Part shown: positions 24,651 to 35,602 of the stretch, piece after piece
Numbering within the stretch: position 1 is the first letter of the stretch
Layout of the letters: each line of letters opens with the position of its first letter
IMG/VR virus record: IMGVR_UViG_3300031774_000009
Coordinates: 1 to 62,937 of that record
DNA: 62,937 bases
From: a virus
Lineage: Duplodnaviria > Caudoviricetes
Direction: 5' to 3' (one strand)
Program-made: the position numbers and the translations under genes
The notes under the pieces: model-generated
Database searches by the model: none
What the model saw: the letters and a program-made list of their open reading frames with translations, nothing else
What the model was told of the DNA's origin: nothing

Positions 24651-26512
24651 GTTGGCAAGAAGGAAATCAAATTAGAAACGGACTTAAACTTAGAAGCAAT
24701 GAAGAGCTTTTAAAGATTGAAGGATTTTTAGATGAAAGAGAAGCTAAATTAGCTCTTTATGAATTTTTAAGAAATAATACCACCTTTGCAACTGATTTAT
24801 TATTAGGAGTAAAACTTTTTCCTTTTCAACACATGGCAATTAAATCCATGTTTGAGACGGATTATTTTTTAGGAGTATGGAGCCGAGGGATGTCTAAATC
24901 TTTTACTACCGGTATTTTTGCTGCCTTAGATGCAGTACTTAATCAAGGAGTAGAAATAGGGATTCTTTCCAAATCTTTTCGACAAGCCAAGATGATTTTC
25001 AAGAAGATCGAAGATATTGCGAACAAGCCTGAAGCAGGTTTTTTTCGACAATGCATAACTAAAACTTCTAAAAGTAATGATGAATGGCTCATGGAAATTG
25101 GAGCTAGTAGAATTCGTGCTTTACCTCTTGGCGATGGAGAAAAGCTTCGTGGTTTTCGATTCCACCGAATTATTATTGATGAATTTTTACTCATGCCTGA
25201 AAGAATTTATAATGAGGTTATAGTTCCCTTTTTGTCTGTGGTGGAAAATCCCACTCAGCGCGATGATCTTTTTAAGCTTGAAAACCGGCTGATAAAAGAA
25301 AATAAAATGCAAGAAAAAGATAGATATATTTGGCCTAACAATAAATTAATAGCTCTATCTTCAGCTTCTTATAAGTTTGAATACTTATATAAACTTTACA
25401 ATCAATTCGAATTTTTAATAGCTGCTGAAAAACAAAAAGATAAAGCATCTCGTTGTATCATGCAGTATAGTTACGATTGTGCTCCTCAACAATTGTACGA
25501 TCAAAATCTCATCAATCAAGCAAAAGCCACAATGAGCCAATCTCAGTTTGAGCGAGAATTTGGAGCTATATTTACAGACGACAGTTCTGGTTATTTTAAA
25601 ACCAGTAAAATGGCTATGTGTACGGTGCCTGATGGAGAGTCTCCTTGCATAGAAGTTCAAGGAGATCCTGACGCAGAATATATTTTAGCTTTTGACCCCT
25701 CATGGTCGCAGACAGAAAGTTCTGATGATTTTGCTATTCAAATTTTAAAGATTAATGCTGAAGAGCAAAAAACTACATTAGTTCATAGCTATGCTTTGTC
25801 AGGAACTTCCTTAAAGAACCATATCAGTTATTTCTTATTTTGTTTAGAAAATTTTAATGTGGTTAGCGTCTGCGGTGACTATAACGGAGGCGTTCAATTT
25901 TTGCAAGCATGTAATGAAAGCGACACATTTAAACAAAAGAAAATCAAACTACAAACCTTAGAAGTTGGCTTGGATAAGCCTGAAGAGTATCAACGAGATT
26001 TGCAGTCTTATAAAAATCAATATAGCAAAGACTCTTATAAATATGTGATATTACGCAAGCCGACCAGCAATTGGATTCGTCAAGCCAACGAATTACTTCA
26101 AGCTAATTTCGATCATCGTCGTCTTTATTTTGCGGGACGGGCTATTGATGATTCTTATACGAAACAAAAAAATAAAAGTATACCTATACAAAATCTTAAA
26201 TTTTTACGAACTAGCGAAGAAAGCAAGCAAACTGCTGGAGCTAAAATGATTGATTTTATTGAGCACCAATCTGATATGATGGAATTAACAAAAAACGAGT
26301 GTGCTCTCATTCAAATTACTACTACTTCTCAAGGGACTCAAACTTTCGATTTACCTTCAAATTTGCGACGTCAAACTGGCCCCGATAAAGCCCGAAAGGA
26401 TTCTTACTCTGCACTAGTGTTGGCCAATTGGATGGCAAAAGTCCACTTTGATTCGCAGAACGTCCAACAAGAAGATGTTATAGAAACATTCGTTCCTGAG
26501 TTTATAATGTAA
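24647..26512 (+). CDS. terL: terminase large subunit
   Basis: LFPFQ, SRGMSKS Walker A, LRGFRFHRIIIDE Walker B, RNase H-like LAFDP and KDSYSA; start moved to ATG 24647. Confidence 0.9.
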   Translation: MSWQEGNQIRNGLKLRSNEELLKIEGFLDEREAKLALYEFLRNNTTFATDLLLGVKLFPFQHMAIKSMFETDYFLGVWSRGMSKSFTTGIFAALDAVLNQGVEIGILSKSFRQAKMIFKKIEDIANKPEAGFFRQCITKTSKSNDEWLMEIGASRIRALPLGDGEKLRGFRFHRIIIDEFLLMPERIYNEVIVPFLSVVENPTQRDDLFKLENRLIKENKMQEKDRYIWPNNKLIALSSASYKFEYLYKLYNQFEFLIAAEKQKDKASRCIMQYSYDCAPQQLYDQNLINQAKATMSQSQFEREFGAIFTDDSSGYFKTSKMAMCTVPDGESPCIEVQGDPDAEYILAFDPSWSQTESSDDFAIQILKINAEEQKTTLVHSYALSGTSLKNHISYFLFCLENFNVVSVCGDYNGGVQFLQACNESDTFKQKKIKLQTLEVGLDKPEEYQRDLQSYKNQYSKDSYKYVILRKPTSNWIRQANELLQANFDHRRLYFAGRAIDDSYTKQKNKSIPIQNLKFLRTSEESKQTAGAKMIDFIEHQSDMMELTKNECALIQITTTSQGTQTFDLPSNLRRQTGPDKARKDSYSALVLANWMAKVHFDSQNVQQEDVIETFVPEFIM

Positions 26513-26566
26513 AGAAAGCAACTTTAAAAGTCACTTTTATAACTTTAAGTGTAATTTATTTTTAAC

Positions 26567-28591
26567 ATGTCTGAAAAACGCAAATATACGAAAAGGTCCG
26601 ATTACTGGAACAAATTCAAAGAACAAGAGAAAAAACACTTTGAAAATATGTCACAGGCAAGTGCTGGCGGTTATCAGCCAGAGTTACTAGGGGAATCCTT
26701 CTATAATTATGAGTCTAAAGCATATGCTCGGTCGGGAGGCCCTAGTTCTAGTACCAACACCCGGCGCAATAATATAGCTATTGCTCCTAAACTTTTTAAG
26801 TATGCTAATATTCGGGCAGGAATGTTGCCTTATGAATATGCTTTAGATGGAGTTAATGTTAGAGATGCAATAGAGTTAACCCAAAAGGCTTATGCGAATA
26901 TAGCGGTTTTTAGAAATGCTGTAGACATGATGGCAGATTTTGCTAATTCTACTTTGTATTTAGAAGGTGGTAGCGCTAAATCTCGAGCTTTTGTTAATGC
27001 GTGGTTAAAGAAAATAAAAATTTGGAGTTTAAAAGATCAGTTTTTCAGAGAGTTTTATCGTAGTGGAAATGTGTTCTTATATACCATCGAAGGAAAAATT
27101 AATGTAGAAGATTTTTCTAAGGTAAGAAATTTTGGTTTAACTTTAAAAACAAACAAATTACCTGTTAGGTATATTTTATTGAATCCTTTTGATATTGTAG
27201 CTAAAAGGGCCACCTCTTTTGATATAGGGCTTTATGCTAAAGTGCTTAGCGAATATGAGGCAGAGCGGCTTAAGAATCCTAAAACTGACGAGGACAGAGA
27301 GCTTTATGAAGCTTTAGACCCCGCTATAAAACTTGGACTAGAAAAAGACTCTTGGGCTATGAATGGCTTAAAGGTAGAGTTAGATCCTGAAAAATTAAGA
27401 TACGCTTTTTATAAAAAGCAAGATTATGAACCATTCGCTGTGCCTTTTGGTTTCCCTGTTTTAGATGATATTGAGTTTAAAATGGAAATGAAAAAAATTG
27501 ACCAATCTATTTGCCGTACTATCGAAAATGTAGTTCTTATGATTACCATGGGTACGACCCCTGACAAAGGAGGAGTAAATCCCCGCAATATAAGAGCCAT
27601 GCAGTCCCTTTTTCAAAATCAAAGTGTGGGACGTATTTTGGTTAGTGATTATACTACTAAAGCTGAATTCATTATTCCTGACATCCAAAAGGTAATTGGG
27701 CCAGCTAAATATGAGGTAGTCAACCAAGACATCAAAGAAGGCCTTCAAAATATAATTTTAAATCAAGAAAAGTTTGCTAGCACTGAAATCAAAGCTCAGA
27801 TGTTTTTACAAAGACTTAAAGAGTCAAGAGATGGTTTTCTTAATAATTTCCTGCAACCTGAAATCAAACAGATATGCAAAAATTATGGTTTTAAAAATGC
27901 TCCTTTGGCTAAATTTGAAACTATTGATTTGCAAGATCAAACACAGGTACAACGTACGATTACCCGAATGATGGAATTAGGAATCCTTCCTCCAGAAGAA
28001 GGAATCAAGGTAATTGAAACAGGAGTTTTCCCTAATAGCAAAGAACTAGACGCAGCTCAGGAAAAGTTTGTGGAAGATCGTCAAAAAGGATATTACAACC
28101 CAATCGTGGGAGGAACTCCCATGCCAATGACATTTGAAGAGGATGTTGAATTGGAAGAAATTAAGCATCCAAAGAGTGCTGAAATTTTACAAAAAGATTC
28201 AAATGGACCTCGGAGTGCGTCTAATCCGGGGAGACCTCTTGGCTCTAAAACTTTAGCCAAAGAGTGTTATTCCGTCACAGCCATTAAAGATACAGCCGAT
28301 AAAACTAATGATTTGTACAATTCCCTAGCTACTGAAGCGAGAAAAGTATTTAAGAAAAAACGTTTAAATAAAAACCAAAAGGAAATGTTAGAACGGGTAT
28401 GTGAGTCTGTAGTAGTTTCAAAAAATAAGACCGATTGGTTAGCGGCTGGTAAAGCTTGCATTAAAGATCCTCAAGAGTTAATCAAATTGCAACCCATGGA
28501 GCCCGTCCTAAAAATTAGCGCAGAACATGAGCTAGATGACTACGCGGCAGCGATTTTGCATCATAGTAGAAAAAATTCTCTCAAGAAATAA
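26567..28591 (+). CDS. portal protein
   Basis: follows TerL; AYANIAVFRNAVDMMADF, FFREFYRSGNVF, KKQDYEPFAVP; size and synteny fit. Confidence 0.8.
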   Translation: MSEKRKYTKRSDYWNKFKEQEKKHFENMSQASAGGYQPELLGESFYNYESKAYARSGGPSSSTNTRRNNIAIAPKLFKYANIRAGMLPYEYALDGVNVRDAIELTQKAYANIAVFRNAVDMMADFANSTLYLEGGSAKSRAFVNAWLKKIKIWSLKDQFFREFYRSGNVFLYTIEGKINVEDFSKVRNFGLTLKTNKLPVRYILLNPFDIVAKRATSFDIGLYAKVLSEYEAERLKNPKTDEDRELYEALDPAIKLGLEKDSWAMNGLKVELDPEKLRYAFYKKQDYEPFAVPFGFPVLDDIEFKMEMKKIDQSICRTIENVVLMITMGTTPDKGGVNPRNIRAMQSLFQNQSVGRILVSDYTTKAEFIIPDIQKVIGPAKYEVVNQDIKEGLQNIILNQEKFASTEIKAQMFLQRLKESRDGFLNNFLQPEIKQICKNYGFKNAPLAKFETIDLQDQTQVQRTITRMMELGILPPEEGIKVIETGVFPNSKELDAAQEKFVEDRQKGYYNPIVGGTPMPMTFEEDVELEEIKHPKSAEILQKDSNGPRSASNPGRPLGSKTLAKECYSVTAIKDTADKTNDLYNSLATEARKVFKKKRLNKNQKEMLERVCESVVVSKNKTDWLAAGKACIKDPQELIKLQPMEPVLKISAEHELDDYAAAILHHSRKNSLKK

Positions 28592-28614
28592 TTTAGTGTA
28601 ACCTTTATGAAGAC

Positions 28615-30192
28615 ATGTCGACTAATTTCAAATACAAGACTCGCTATGATTTCACTGTTCATGCGACAACAGATTTAGAAAACGAGCTAAATATTAGTCA
28701 AGCCTCTTTGGAAAACTTACGCCCCCTTATCCCTAAATCTATTGATTTAGAAAGAAATATTGATTTAGTGGGAGCGGCCTTCAATGCAGCAGTTGTTAAT
28801 ACCTTTAATAAAAATGGGGATGGAATTAATTCTGAAACCGCTGTAGATCTCATAGATTACTTTGTTAATAAGCCTACAAATATTGAGCATAAAAAACAAA
28901 AAGTAGTTGGGCATATTGTAAATGCCGGGTTTACAGATTTAAATAATGATAAAATTTTAGGCAATGGCGCTGCTTTAGGAAACAAAGATCCTTACTATAT
29001 TTCATTGGCAGCCGTTATTTATAAAACTGTTAATAAAGATTTTGCAGATGTATTAATGCAATCTAGCGACGAAGAAAGTAATTTCTTTAAGAAAATTTCC
29101 GCCAGTTGGGAATTAGGTTTTAATGACTACGTATTAGCCGTAGGTTCCAAAGAACTTAAAGATGCTGAAATCATTAGTGACCCAGCTCACATAAATGAAA
29201 TGAAGCATTTTTTAAAGGCGTTTGAGGGTTCTGGAGCTTTAAATGATGGTACGCCTATTTACCGTTTAGTGGTAGGAGATGTATTCCCTTTAGGGATTGG
29301 ATTTACTACTAATCCCGCCGCCGATGTCAGTGGACTCATAGTTCAGAAAAACATAGATCTGGATATAAATGATAAACGAGATGCAGTGGAAGACGAAAAG
29401 AATTTTAAAAATAATATTTTAAAAATTTCACAAAGTGAAAATAATAATGTAAAAAATACTAATACTATGGATATTACAGAGTTCAAAACCGAGTTCGAGA
29501 AGGTTCTCGATTCGAAGTTAGCGGACAATGCTGAATTCACTCAAGAAGCCGTAGCTAATGTAGCCTCTCATGTTATCGATAAGATTCGTGAGAAGGATGC
29601 AGAGTTTAAGGCTGAAAGAGAAGCTGTTGAGGCTGAAAAGGCTCAAGCTGAGAAAGATGCAACCGAAGCTAAAGCTTCGATGGAAGACCTTCAGAAGAAA
29701 CTGGAGGAAGCTGATGAGAAAATTTCATCATTAGAATCATCCATCAACGCTGCTGCGGCAGAACAGCTATTTAATAGTCGCATGGAAGCTATTGATGAGC
29801 TTTACGACCTTTCCGATCAAGACCGTACGGTTTTGGCGAATGAAGTAAAGACTCTGGAAGCTTCTGATGAGACTTTTGAAAGTTATCAGGGCAAATTGGC
29901 CTCCTTACTCCACCATAAGAGCAAAGCTTTTAAAGTGGAACAGGAAAAACAATTTGAGGCTAAGGTTCAGGAAGAACTTGAAAAGCGTTTAGCTACTACT
30001 TCGCAAGAAGGCGTTGCTATTGCTACTGAAGTTACTCCAGAAGCCGAAGAAACTGTAGAGGAAGTTGTGGAAAACGTTGAAGTTCCGCATTCAAGCATCG
30101 CTAATAATAACGAAGCTTCTTCCACGGAAGAGTCCTTGTCAGATCAATTCAGACGGGCTTTTAATACCGAAAATATTTCAATAACCTACTAA
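28615..30192 (+). CDS. prohead protease/scaffold fusion
   Basis: NKNGDGI...NIEHK...SASWEL protease-like N-domain; acidic coiled-coil C-domain. Confidence 0.75.
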   Translation: MSTNFKYKTRYDFTVHATTDLENELNISQASLENLRPLIPKSIDLERNIDLVGAAFNAAVVNTFNKNGDGINSETAVDLIDYFVNKPTNIEHKKQKVVGHIVNAGFTDLNNDKILGNGAALGNKDPYYISLAAVIYKTVNKDFADVLMQSSDEESNFFKKISASWELGFNDYVLAVGSKELKDAEIISDPAHINEMKHFLKAFEGSGALNDGTPIYRLVVGDVFPLGIGFTTNPAADVSGLIVQKNIDLDINDKRDAVEDEKNFKNNILKISQSENNNVKNTNTMDITEFKTEFEKVLDSKLADNAEFTQEAVANVASHVIDKIREKDAEFKAEREAVEAEKAQAEKDATEAKASMEDLQKKLEEADEKISSLESSINAAAAEQLFNSRMEAIDELYDLSDQDRTVLANEVKTLEASDETFESYQGKLASLLHHKSKAFKVEQEKQFEAKVQEELEKRLATTSQEGVAIATEVTPEAEETVEEVVENVEVPHSSIANNNEASSTEESLSDQFRRAFNTENISITY

Positions 30193-30204
30193 ATATAAAA
30201 CATT

Positions 30205-30867
30205 ATGGCACTTAGATTATACCCATTTAGGCAATATAACGAAACAGACGTCATCAACTTATTTGCAAACCAGATAGTTGATGATAGTCCCACAACCAAT
30301 GGCAATGGTAGTGCAGGCGTGATGGTTAAGGTATTGAGCGGAAACTTGAACCAAGACACTTTCGATCTTATCGGCAGTGATTACTTGGGGAAAACTGATT
30401 ACCCGTTCTTGGGCGCTGACAAGTACCCAACTGTACCTTTACGTTTCGAACCTGCTACTACTGGAGCTCCGGTCTTAGGCGTTACTCTCAATCAAACATT
30501 GAAGAATGACGAGAATGGAGAAAAACTCCTTTATAACCCAATCAAGAAAGATGAACTTCAGGCAGTTCTTAGCGGTCAGGCTTGCCCAGTCGCTACTAAA
30601 GGCATGTTTACTTTTGATGAGACAGCATATGAAAAAGATAGCAATTTCGTTCCCGGTAACGTAGTTGGTATTTCTGCAAATGCTGGCAAATTAACAGGTT
30701 ATAATCGGGAACGTTTAGTTGATCTTGACGCGGCTCTTGTTGGTCATATTTTGGCCACAGGCAATAGAACGTCGCAGAATGGTCAGTCGGATGTGTTCGC
30801 TGGTACGGGTACTGCACAGTACGCGTTAGTTCAGCTAGATTCAAGCAGCTCATTGGATGTTGCATAA
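30205..30867 (+). CDS. head decoration/minor capsid protein
   Basis: lies between scaffold and capsid genes; beta-rich. Confidence 0.6.
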   Translation: MALRLYPFRQYNETDVINLFANQIVDDSPTTNGNGSAGVMVKVLSGNLNQDTFDLIGSDYLGKTDYPFLGADKYPTVPLRFEPATTGAPVLGVTLNQTLKNDENGEKLLYNPIKKDELQAVLSGQACPVATKGMFTFDETAYEKDSNFVPGNVVGISANAGKLTGYNRERLVDLDAALVGHILATGNRTSQNGQSDVFAGTGTAQYALVQLDSSSSLDVA

Positions 30868-30899
30868 CCCTTAACGTAGAAAGGAATTAATATAATATA

Positions 30900-32057
30900 A
30901 TGAAAATTACATTAAAAAGAACCGATGAGCAAGTAGAATTAGTGAAGGCAATGGGGTCTCGCAATCGCGAAACCGCCTACGCAGCTCAAATTGCTTTAGC
31001 TGAGTTTATTGGTCCGGTTTTGTCCGAAGTTATCAATAACGCTCCGACTATCAGCAATCTATTCACTCCGTTAGAATATAATGCAGATGATAATCCTTCG
31101 ATTCCGTTGGATCTGTATTACGATGTGTTTGACGAAGATTACATTCGAGTTTACAGTCAATCTGTAGCTGGAGGTCTTCCAACAAACTATGTGCAGCCGA
31201 CAGCTTCCGAGCTTAAGTTCGCCACTTACAGCTTAGATAGTGCAGTGTCTTTCGATAGAAAGTATGCTTCACGTTCTAGGCTTGACGTAATTGGTAAGAC
31301 TTTTACTCGTGTCGCACAGGAAGTTTTACTTAAACAAGAAAGAACTTCCTCAAACCTCTTGATGACAGCTCTCGCGAACGCAACTGCTGGTGATGCTAGC
31401 TTCACAGCTAAAAACCGCAATGTGTTCAGAACTGCTCAGGCGGGCCGTTTCTTAATGGATGACTTGAATAAGTTATTCACTAAGATTAAGAGAGTTAATG
31501 CTTCTTGGTCTGGCGGGACTCCTGCTGGAGCTCGTAAGGCTTTGACTGACCTCTTAGTGTCTCCTGAAGTAGTTGAGCAAATTCGTGCTATGTCATATCA
31601 GCCAGTGAGTACACTTGGCCCATCTGGTGCTGCTGCTGCAGCCGGTGATGGTGCAGGTATTCCTGCAACTGATGCTGTCAGAAATTCAGTATTTAGCCAG
31701 AGCGGCTTAACTGAATTCTTTGGCGTGGCTATCATGGAAGTCCTTGAGTTAGGTGTTGGCAAGCGCTTCAACGATGTGTTCGACACAGTGGCTGGTACTA
31801 CCGATTATCTTAATAACGGTTCTACTACTGCTTCTAGCGTCTTTAATGGTGCTACCGAACAGATTATTGTTGGTCTTGATCGCAGCCGTGACGCGATGGT
31901 TCGCGCTATTGCTGTAGATTCCGAAACTGGATCTCAATTCAATTTGGTCGCTGATGATCAGTTCTCCGCTAGACAGCAGAGAATCGGTTATTATGGCGCA
32001 TTGGAAGAGGGACGTATGGTCTTGGACAACAGAGCCTTAGTGGGCTTAATTATGTAA
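30900..32057 (+). CDS. major capsid protein
   Basis: 385 aa, synteny, HK97-like C-terminal GYYGALEEGRMVLDNRALV; followed by a strong terminator. Confidence 0.8.
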   Translation: MKITLKRTDEQVELVKAMGSRNRETAYAAQIALAEFIGPVLSEVINNAPTISNLFTPLEYNADDNPSIPLDLYYDVFDEDYIRVYSQSVAGGLPTNYVQPTASELKFATYSLDSAVSFDRKYASRSRLDVIGKTFTRVAQEVLLKQERTSSNLLMTALANATAGDASFTAKNRNVFRTAQAGRFLMDDLNKLFTKIKRVNASWSGGTPAGARKALTDLLVSPEVVEQIRAMSYQPVSTLGPSGAAAAAGDGAGIPATDAVRNSVFSQSGLTEFFGVAIMEVLELGVGKRFNDVFDTVAGTTDYLNNGSTTASSVFNGATEQIIVGLDRSRDAMVRAIAVDSETGSQFNLVADDQFSARQQRIGYYGALEEGRMVLDNRALVGLIM

Positions 32058-32073
32058 TCAGTGTAATCCTGAT

Positions 32074-32107
32074 AAACTCCGCTCCTTCGGGAGCGGAGTT
32101 TTTTTTT
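32074..32107 (+). terminator. rho-independent terminator
   Basis: AAACTCCGCTCC-ttcg-GGAGCGGAGTTTTTTTTT. Confidence 0.92.
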
Positions 32108-32140
32108 GGAAAAATGCAATTTTAGTTGTAATATATTAAC

Positions 32141-32572
32141 ATGGCAGCGAAAAAAAAGACTACTAAGAAAGTAGAAAAAAAAGGCGTTTCTAAAGCGTCC
32201 AAGAAGAAGACTAACCTTGAAGATATAGAAAATTTTACCACAGGTAAAATGGATGATGACGCCATCGAAAAGGTAAAAAAGCTTGAAGAAGTCTTGGGAA
32301 TCAAGACCGTAAATCCTTTTGGTACTAATGACCCTAACATTTTTGAGCAAGGATTAAAAGATTCCAACTTAAGCGATTTACAGAATTTAGCAATGAAAGT
32401 TGGTGTATTCCCTGATGGCAGTCTAGCTCGACTCAGGGATAAATTACGAGCAGAATTTACCCGTATTACTCGCGGTGCGAGAACTATAAGCATGGAAGAT
32501 CCACTGCCTATTCATGATCCTAGTCACCCTAATCATGAAAGAGCCAAGAAATTAATGAGCGAAGGTTTCTAG
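32141..32572 (+). CDS. hypothetical protein (head region)
   Basis: 143-aa ORF with Lys-rich N-terminus. Confidence 0.7.
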   Translation: MAAKKKTTKKVEKKGVSKASKKKTNLEDIENFTTGKMDDDAIEKVKKLEEVLGIKTVNPFGTNDPNIFEQGLKDSNLSDLQNLAMKVGVFPDGSLARLRDKLRAEFTRITRGARTISMEDPLPIHDPSHPNHERAKKLMSEGF

Positions 32573-32593
32573 TTTTTAGTGTAAATATATCAT

Positions 32594-33148
32594 ATGCCGA
32601 ACAGACAGAAAACGCCATATTTGGTAAGCACGATAGCTACAGGTATTTATAATGATGAATTTGATTCTGATACAGGTTACGCGACGTTAGCTTCAATTTC
32701 AGGGTGGCTTGCTAATAATGTAGGCTTACTTAATACTATTCTTTATCGAGCATTTTCTGGTTCAGGAAGCACTACTGACTATCCTGATGATACAGTCTTG
32801 ATGCCATCTGGGAATTTCCGATTTGAAGAGGCTGATATCTACAAGCAAGTTTATCTGAATAACTATTATACTAAAAAGGCACGAGCTGTATTAAAAGGTA
32901 TAGATAGTTCCGTTGATTTCATTTCTTTACGCGAAGGGGATTCTGTGATTACCCGAACTAATAAAAATGAGATTGCCAAGACTTACAGAGGCTTCGCTAA
33001 GGACGCAGAAGAGCGCCTAGAAACGCTTGTAGCTAAATATAACATATATGATGCCGAACCAGTTCAAGTAGCCGGCACAGACGCTTCTGTGGACGCTAGT
33101 GGGGATATTTATTCTGCTTGGGATTACCGAGGCCGTGCAGGCTGGTAA
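32594..33148 (+). CDS. putative head-tail adaptor
   Basis: synteny; ISLREGDSVITR..K..IAK.Y pattern. Confidence 0.55.
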   Translation: MPNRQKTPYLVSTIATGIYNDEFDSDTGYATLASISGWLANNVGLLNTILYRAFSGSGSTTDYPDDTVLMPSGNFRFEEADIYKQVYLNNYYTKKARAVLKGIDSSVDFISLREGDSVITRTNKNEIAKTYRGFAKDAEERLETLVAKYNIYDAEPVQVAGTDASVDASGDIYSAWDYRGRAGW

Positions 33149-33177
33149 CTACTGATTTTTCTTTTTAATAACTTCAT

Positions 33178-33209
33178 AAAAAAAACCCCGCCCGAAGGCG
33201 GGGTTTTTT
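33178..33209. terminator. bidirectional rho-independent terminator
   Basis: AAAAAAAACCCCGCC-cgaa-GGCGGGGTTTTTT between convergent genes. Confidence 0.92.
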
Positions 33210-33229
33210 GCGAATAAGTTTAATTAGTA

Positions 33230-34699
33230 TTAGCTTGGAGTTAATACTGAGTTGGCCAAACCACCTTGCTGAGATTTTTGGTCGCCCAATGGCCAGAAAG
33301 GGAGAGTGGTCCATCTAGCATAAGAGCCTCTCATAAAGATACCATTGCTAGTATCAGCAGATCCACCAACTTGTGTAGAGAATGTAATGTCAACAGTCTC
33401 ATTGTCTCCAATAGCGTTGCTATAACTTTCTCCTTCTAGTCTTGCCCCTTTAACATCAATTATCAAAGCGTCAGCGCCCGGTTTACCCGTTCCAGCCGAT
33501 CTGCGTAGAGTTAAACGGAAGTCATGTTTGTCTGTAGAGCTTAATCTTTCGAATAAGTTGTTGCTTCTCAATTCAGAGACAATTGCCGAAACGCTAACAT
33601 CAATATTCATTGGCAGATCGATAACACGAGCGTATCCAAATGTATTACCTAATCTACCAAGAATAGTACGACTCATTGGAACGGTCACATTAAAGCTTTG
33701 GATGTGAGCTGCGCCGGCTCCACTTAAAATAGTGAATCCGTCACTATTAAAGGTAGATTCTGCATCATCAATGAATTCAAGATTAATATCGCCCGGGCGT
33801 AAAGCAACAATTGTATTATCTGCTACAGCGTCACCATTAACATAGTCTCCTGTGGTAGAAATAGTGCCACCTCGGAAGTTATAGTTGTGTGCTACTTGCT
33901 GACCATTAATATCGTCAACTCCCGGAATTTGGTTGCCGGTTACGGCATTAGGGCTAGTTCCATCTAAAGCTCCAGAAATATAATTGTCGGCTCTAATATT
34001 AAATGCCTCAACACTAACACTGGCAGTAGGAATAGATCCGACTGATGCGTCTATGTTGTAGTCACTAATAAATCCATTACCGATAGAAATAATATCATAA
34101 TCAGTTGAATTAGAAACAACAGTATCTCCTTGAACATCTTTGCCTTCTTTAGAAGTAACGATAAAATAGTTATTTCCTTGGGTATCTTCGATCAATCCTG
34201 AAAGAGCAGAAAATCCGGAGATACAACCGTCTCCCGTCCATGCATATGTAGTAGCAGTAGGACGAGAGGCACCGGCGGGTATCGCCGTTGCACTTCCAGA
34301 TCCATTAGTAGGGATATTGAAACCCATTTTACGTTCATTTCCTCCGTCAGTAAGATAATAATTAAAATCTAAACCAACAGTGGGTGATTCCATTACAATA
34401 GAATCTAATCTGGCCAATTTGCCGAATTCATTGATATCTTGACGATTAATCGTGAAATTAAAGTTCGCAGATTGAACTCGATGAAGAGGTTCGATTAAGG
34501 TTCTATTTAAAACAACGGCAGCACCACCAAGATGCGGCGATTGACCGTCGGTGTATGCTATCCCTGTGACTCCTGTCCAATTGGTATTACCGGGAGCGTC
34601 AACAGAGCAAAATTTATTGCCTGTTTGCATATGGTAACCAGTGGATGTAGGGCTCATAAAGAGAGCCTGACTTTGATAAATTACTCTGTTTCTAGCCAT
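33230..34699 (-). CDS. major tail tube protein
   Basis: MARNRVIYQSQ...RVQSANFNFTINRQDINEFG; beta-rich tube-like pattern; followed by a terminator. Confidence 0.7.
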   Translation of the reverse strand: MARNRVIYQSQALFMSPTSTGYHMQTGNKFCSVDAPGNTNWTGVTGIAYTDGQSPHLGGAAVVLNRTLIEPLHRVQSANFNFTINRQDINEFGKLARLDSIVMESPTVGLDFNYYLTDGGNERKMGFNIPTNGSGSATAIPAGASRPTATTYAWTGDGCISGFSALSGLIEDTQGNNYFIVTSKEGKDVQGDTVVSNSTDYDIISIGNGFISDYNIDASVGSIPTASVSVEAFNIRADNYISGALDGTSPNAVTGNQIPGVDDINGQQVAHNYNFRGGTISTTGDYVNGDAVADNTIVALRPGDINLEFIDDAESTFNSDGFTILSGAGAAHIQSFNVTVPMSRTILGRLGNTFGYARVIDLPMNIDVSVSAIVSELRSNNLFERLSSTDKHDFRLTLRRSAGTGKPGADALIIDVKGARLEGESYSNAIGDNETVDITFSTQVGGSADTSNGIFMRGSYARWTTLPFWPLGDQKSQQGGLANSVLTPS

Positions 34700-34753
34700 A
34701 ATAGTATATTAAATTTAAAATAATTTACAACTTTTTTTTGAATTTGAGAACTT

Positions 34754-35602
34754 TTAACTTCGAGGGTCGCGATATTTATAGATTTCAAAGTCACAGAATC
34801 CTACAAAAAGATCAACAGGTATTACTTTATTGGAGCTATCGGAGATTTTAGATACATTTACATTATTTACCATATAGAAATTTCCGTCTGCCGCTACGTT
34901 GTTATAATCATAGCCTGTAGGATAAGCAGATTTAACGTCTCCATATTCATCTAAAGGGGAACCTGTGAAAGGAATATTGCCAAAAACAGTATGTGCAGAA
35001 TCCGCCATTACCGATAAAGCTCCGTCTAATTGATAAATATTTTCTGCAAAAATTACAGCGGTTACATCTGTTACAGTATTGTCGGTTCCTCCTAAAGCGA
35101 AAGGTTCATTTGTAGTTGCTCCTAAAGAGAGAAAGGCTGCAGGGGTAGCTTGGTCATAAGGAGGGACATACGTCAGAGTGCGTCCATAGCGGCTATTCTT
35201 CTTATATTTCGTAGCCGTTATCATCGATTCTTCTGTTTGGTTAGAAATATAAACATTGAAATCTTTAACCGTATAGGTTCCGCTTATGTTAGTTCCTGTA
35301 GCAAAATCTGAATCAAACAACACTCTCCCATTATCAAAGTCAAATTTTAGACCACTGGTCCCTTCAGCTATAGCGCCCGAATCTCCACTGATCAGAGGGT
35401 TGATTTGGGCGGCGCTGATATTTTTATCATATACCCATTGTTTATAAGGCGATCCAAATACTCTTTTATTTTGTACGCGTTCATCCGCATAATAATAAAA
35501 ATCCGTGCTGTAAGTTGTATAAGCCTCTCCTTTACGGGTAAGAAAATCATCGAACCAAAGGTAAAAGCTGTTTAAAAGCTCATGTTGATATACTGTTTTC
35601 AT
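34754..35602 (-). CDS. putative tail terminator/neck protein
   Basis: synteny upstream of the tube gene. Confidence 0.5.
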   Translation of the reverse strand: MKTVYQHELLNSFYLWFDDFLTRKGEAYTTYSTDFYYYADERVQNKRVFGSPYKQWVYDKNISAAQINPLISGDSGAIAEGTSGLKFDFDNGRVLFDSDFATGTNISGTYTVKDFNVYISNQTEESMITATKYKKNSRYGRTLTYVPPYDQATPAAFLSLGATTNEPFALGGTDNTVTDVTAVIFAENIYQLDGALSVMADSAHTVFGNIPFTGSPLDEYGDVKSAYPTGYDYNNVAADGNFYMVNNVNVSKISDSSNKVIPVDLFVGFCDFEIYKYRDPRS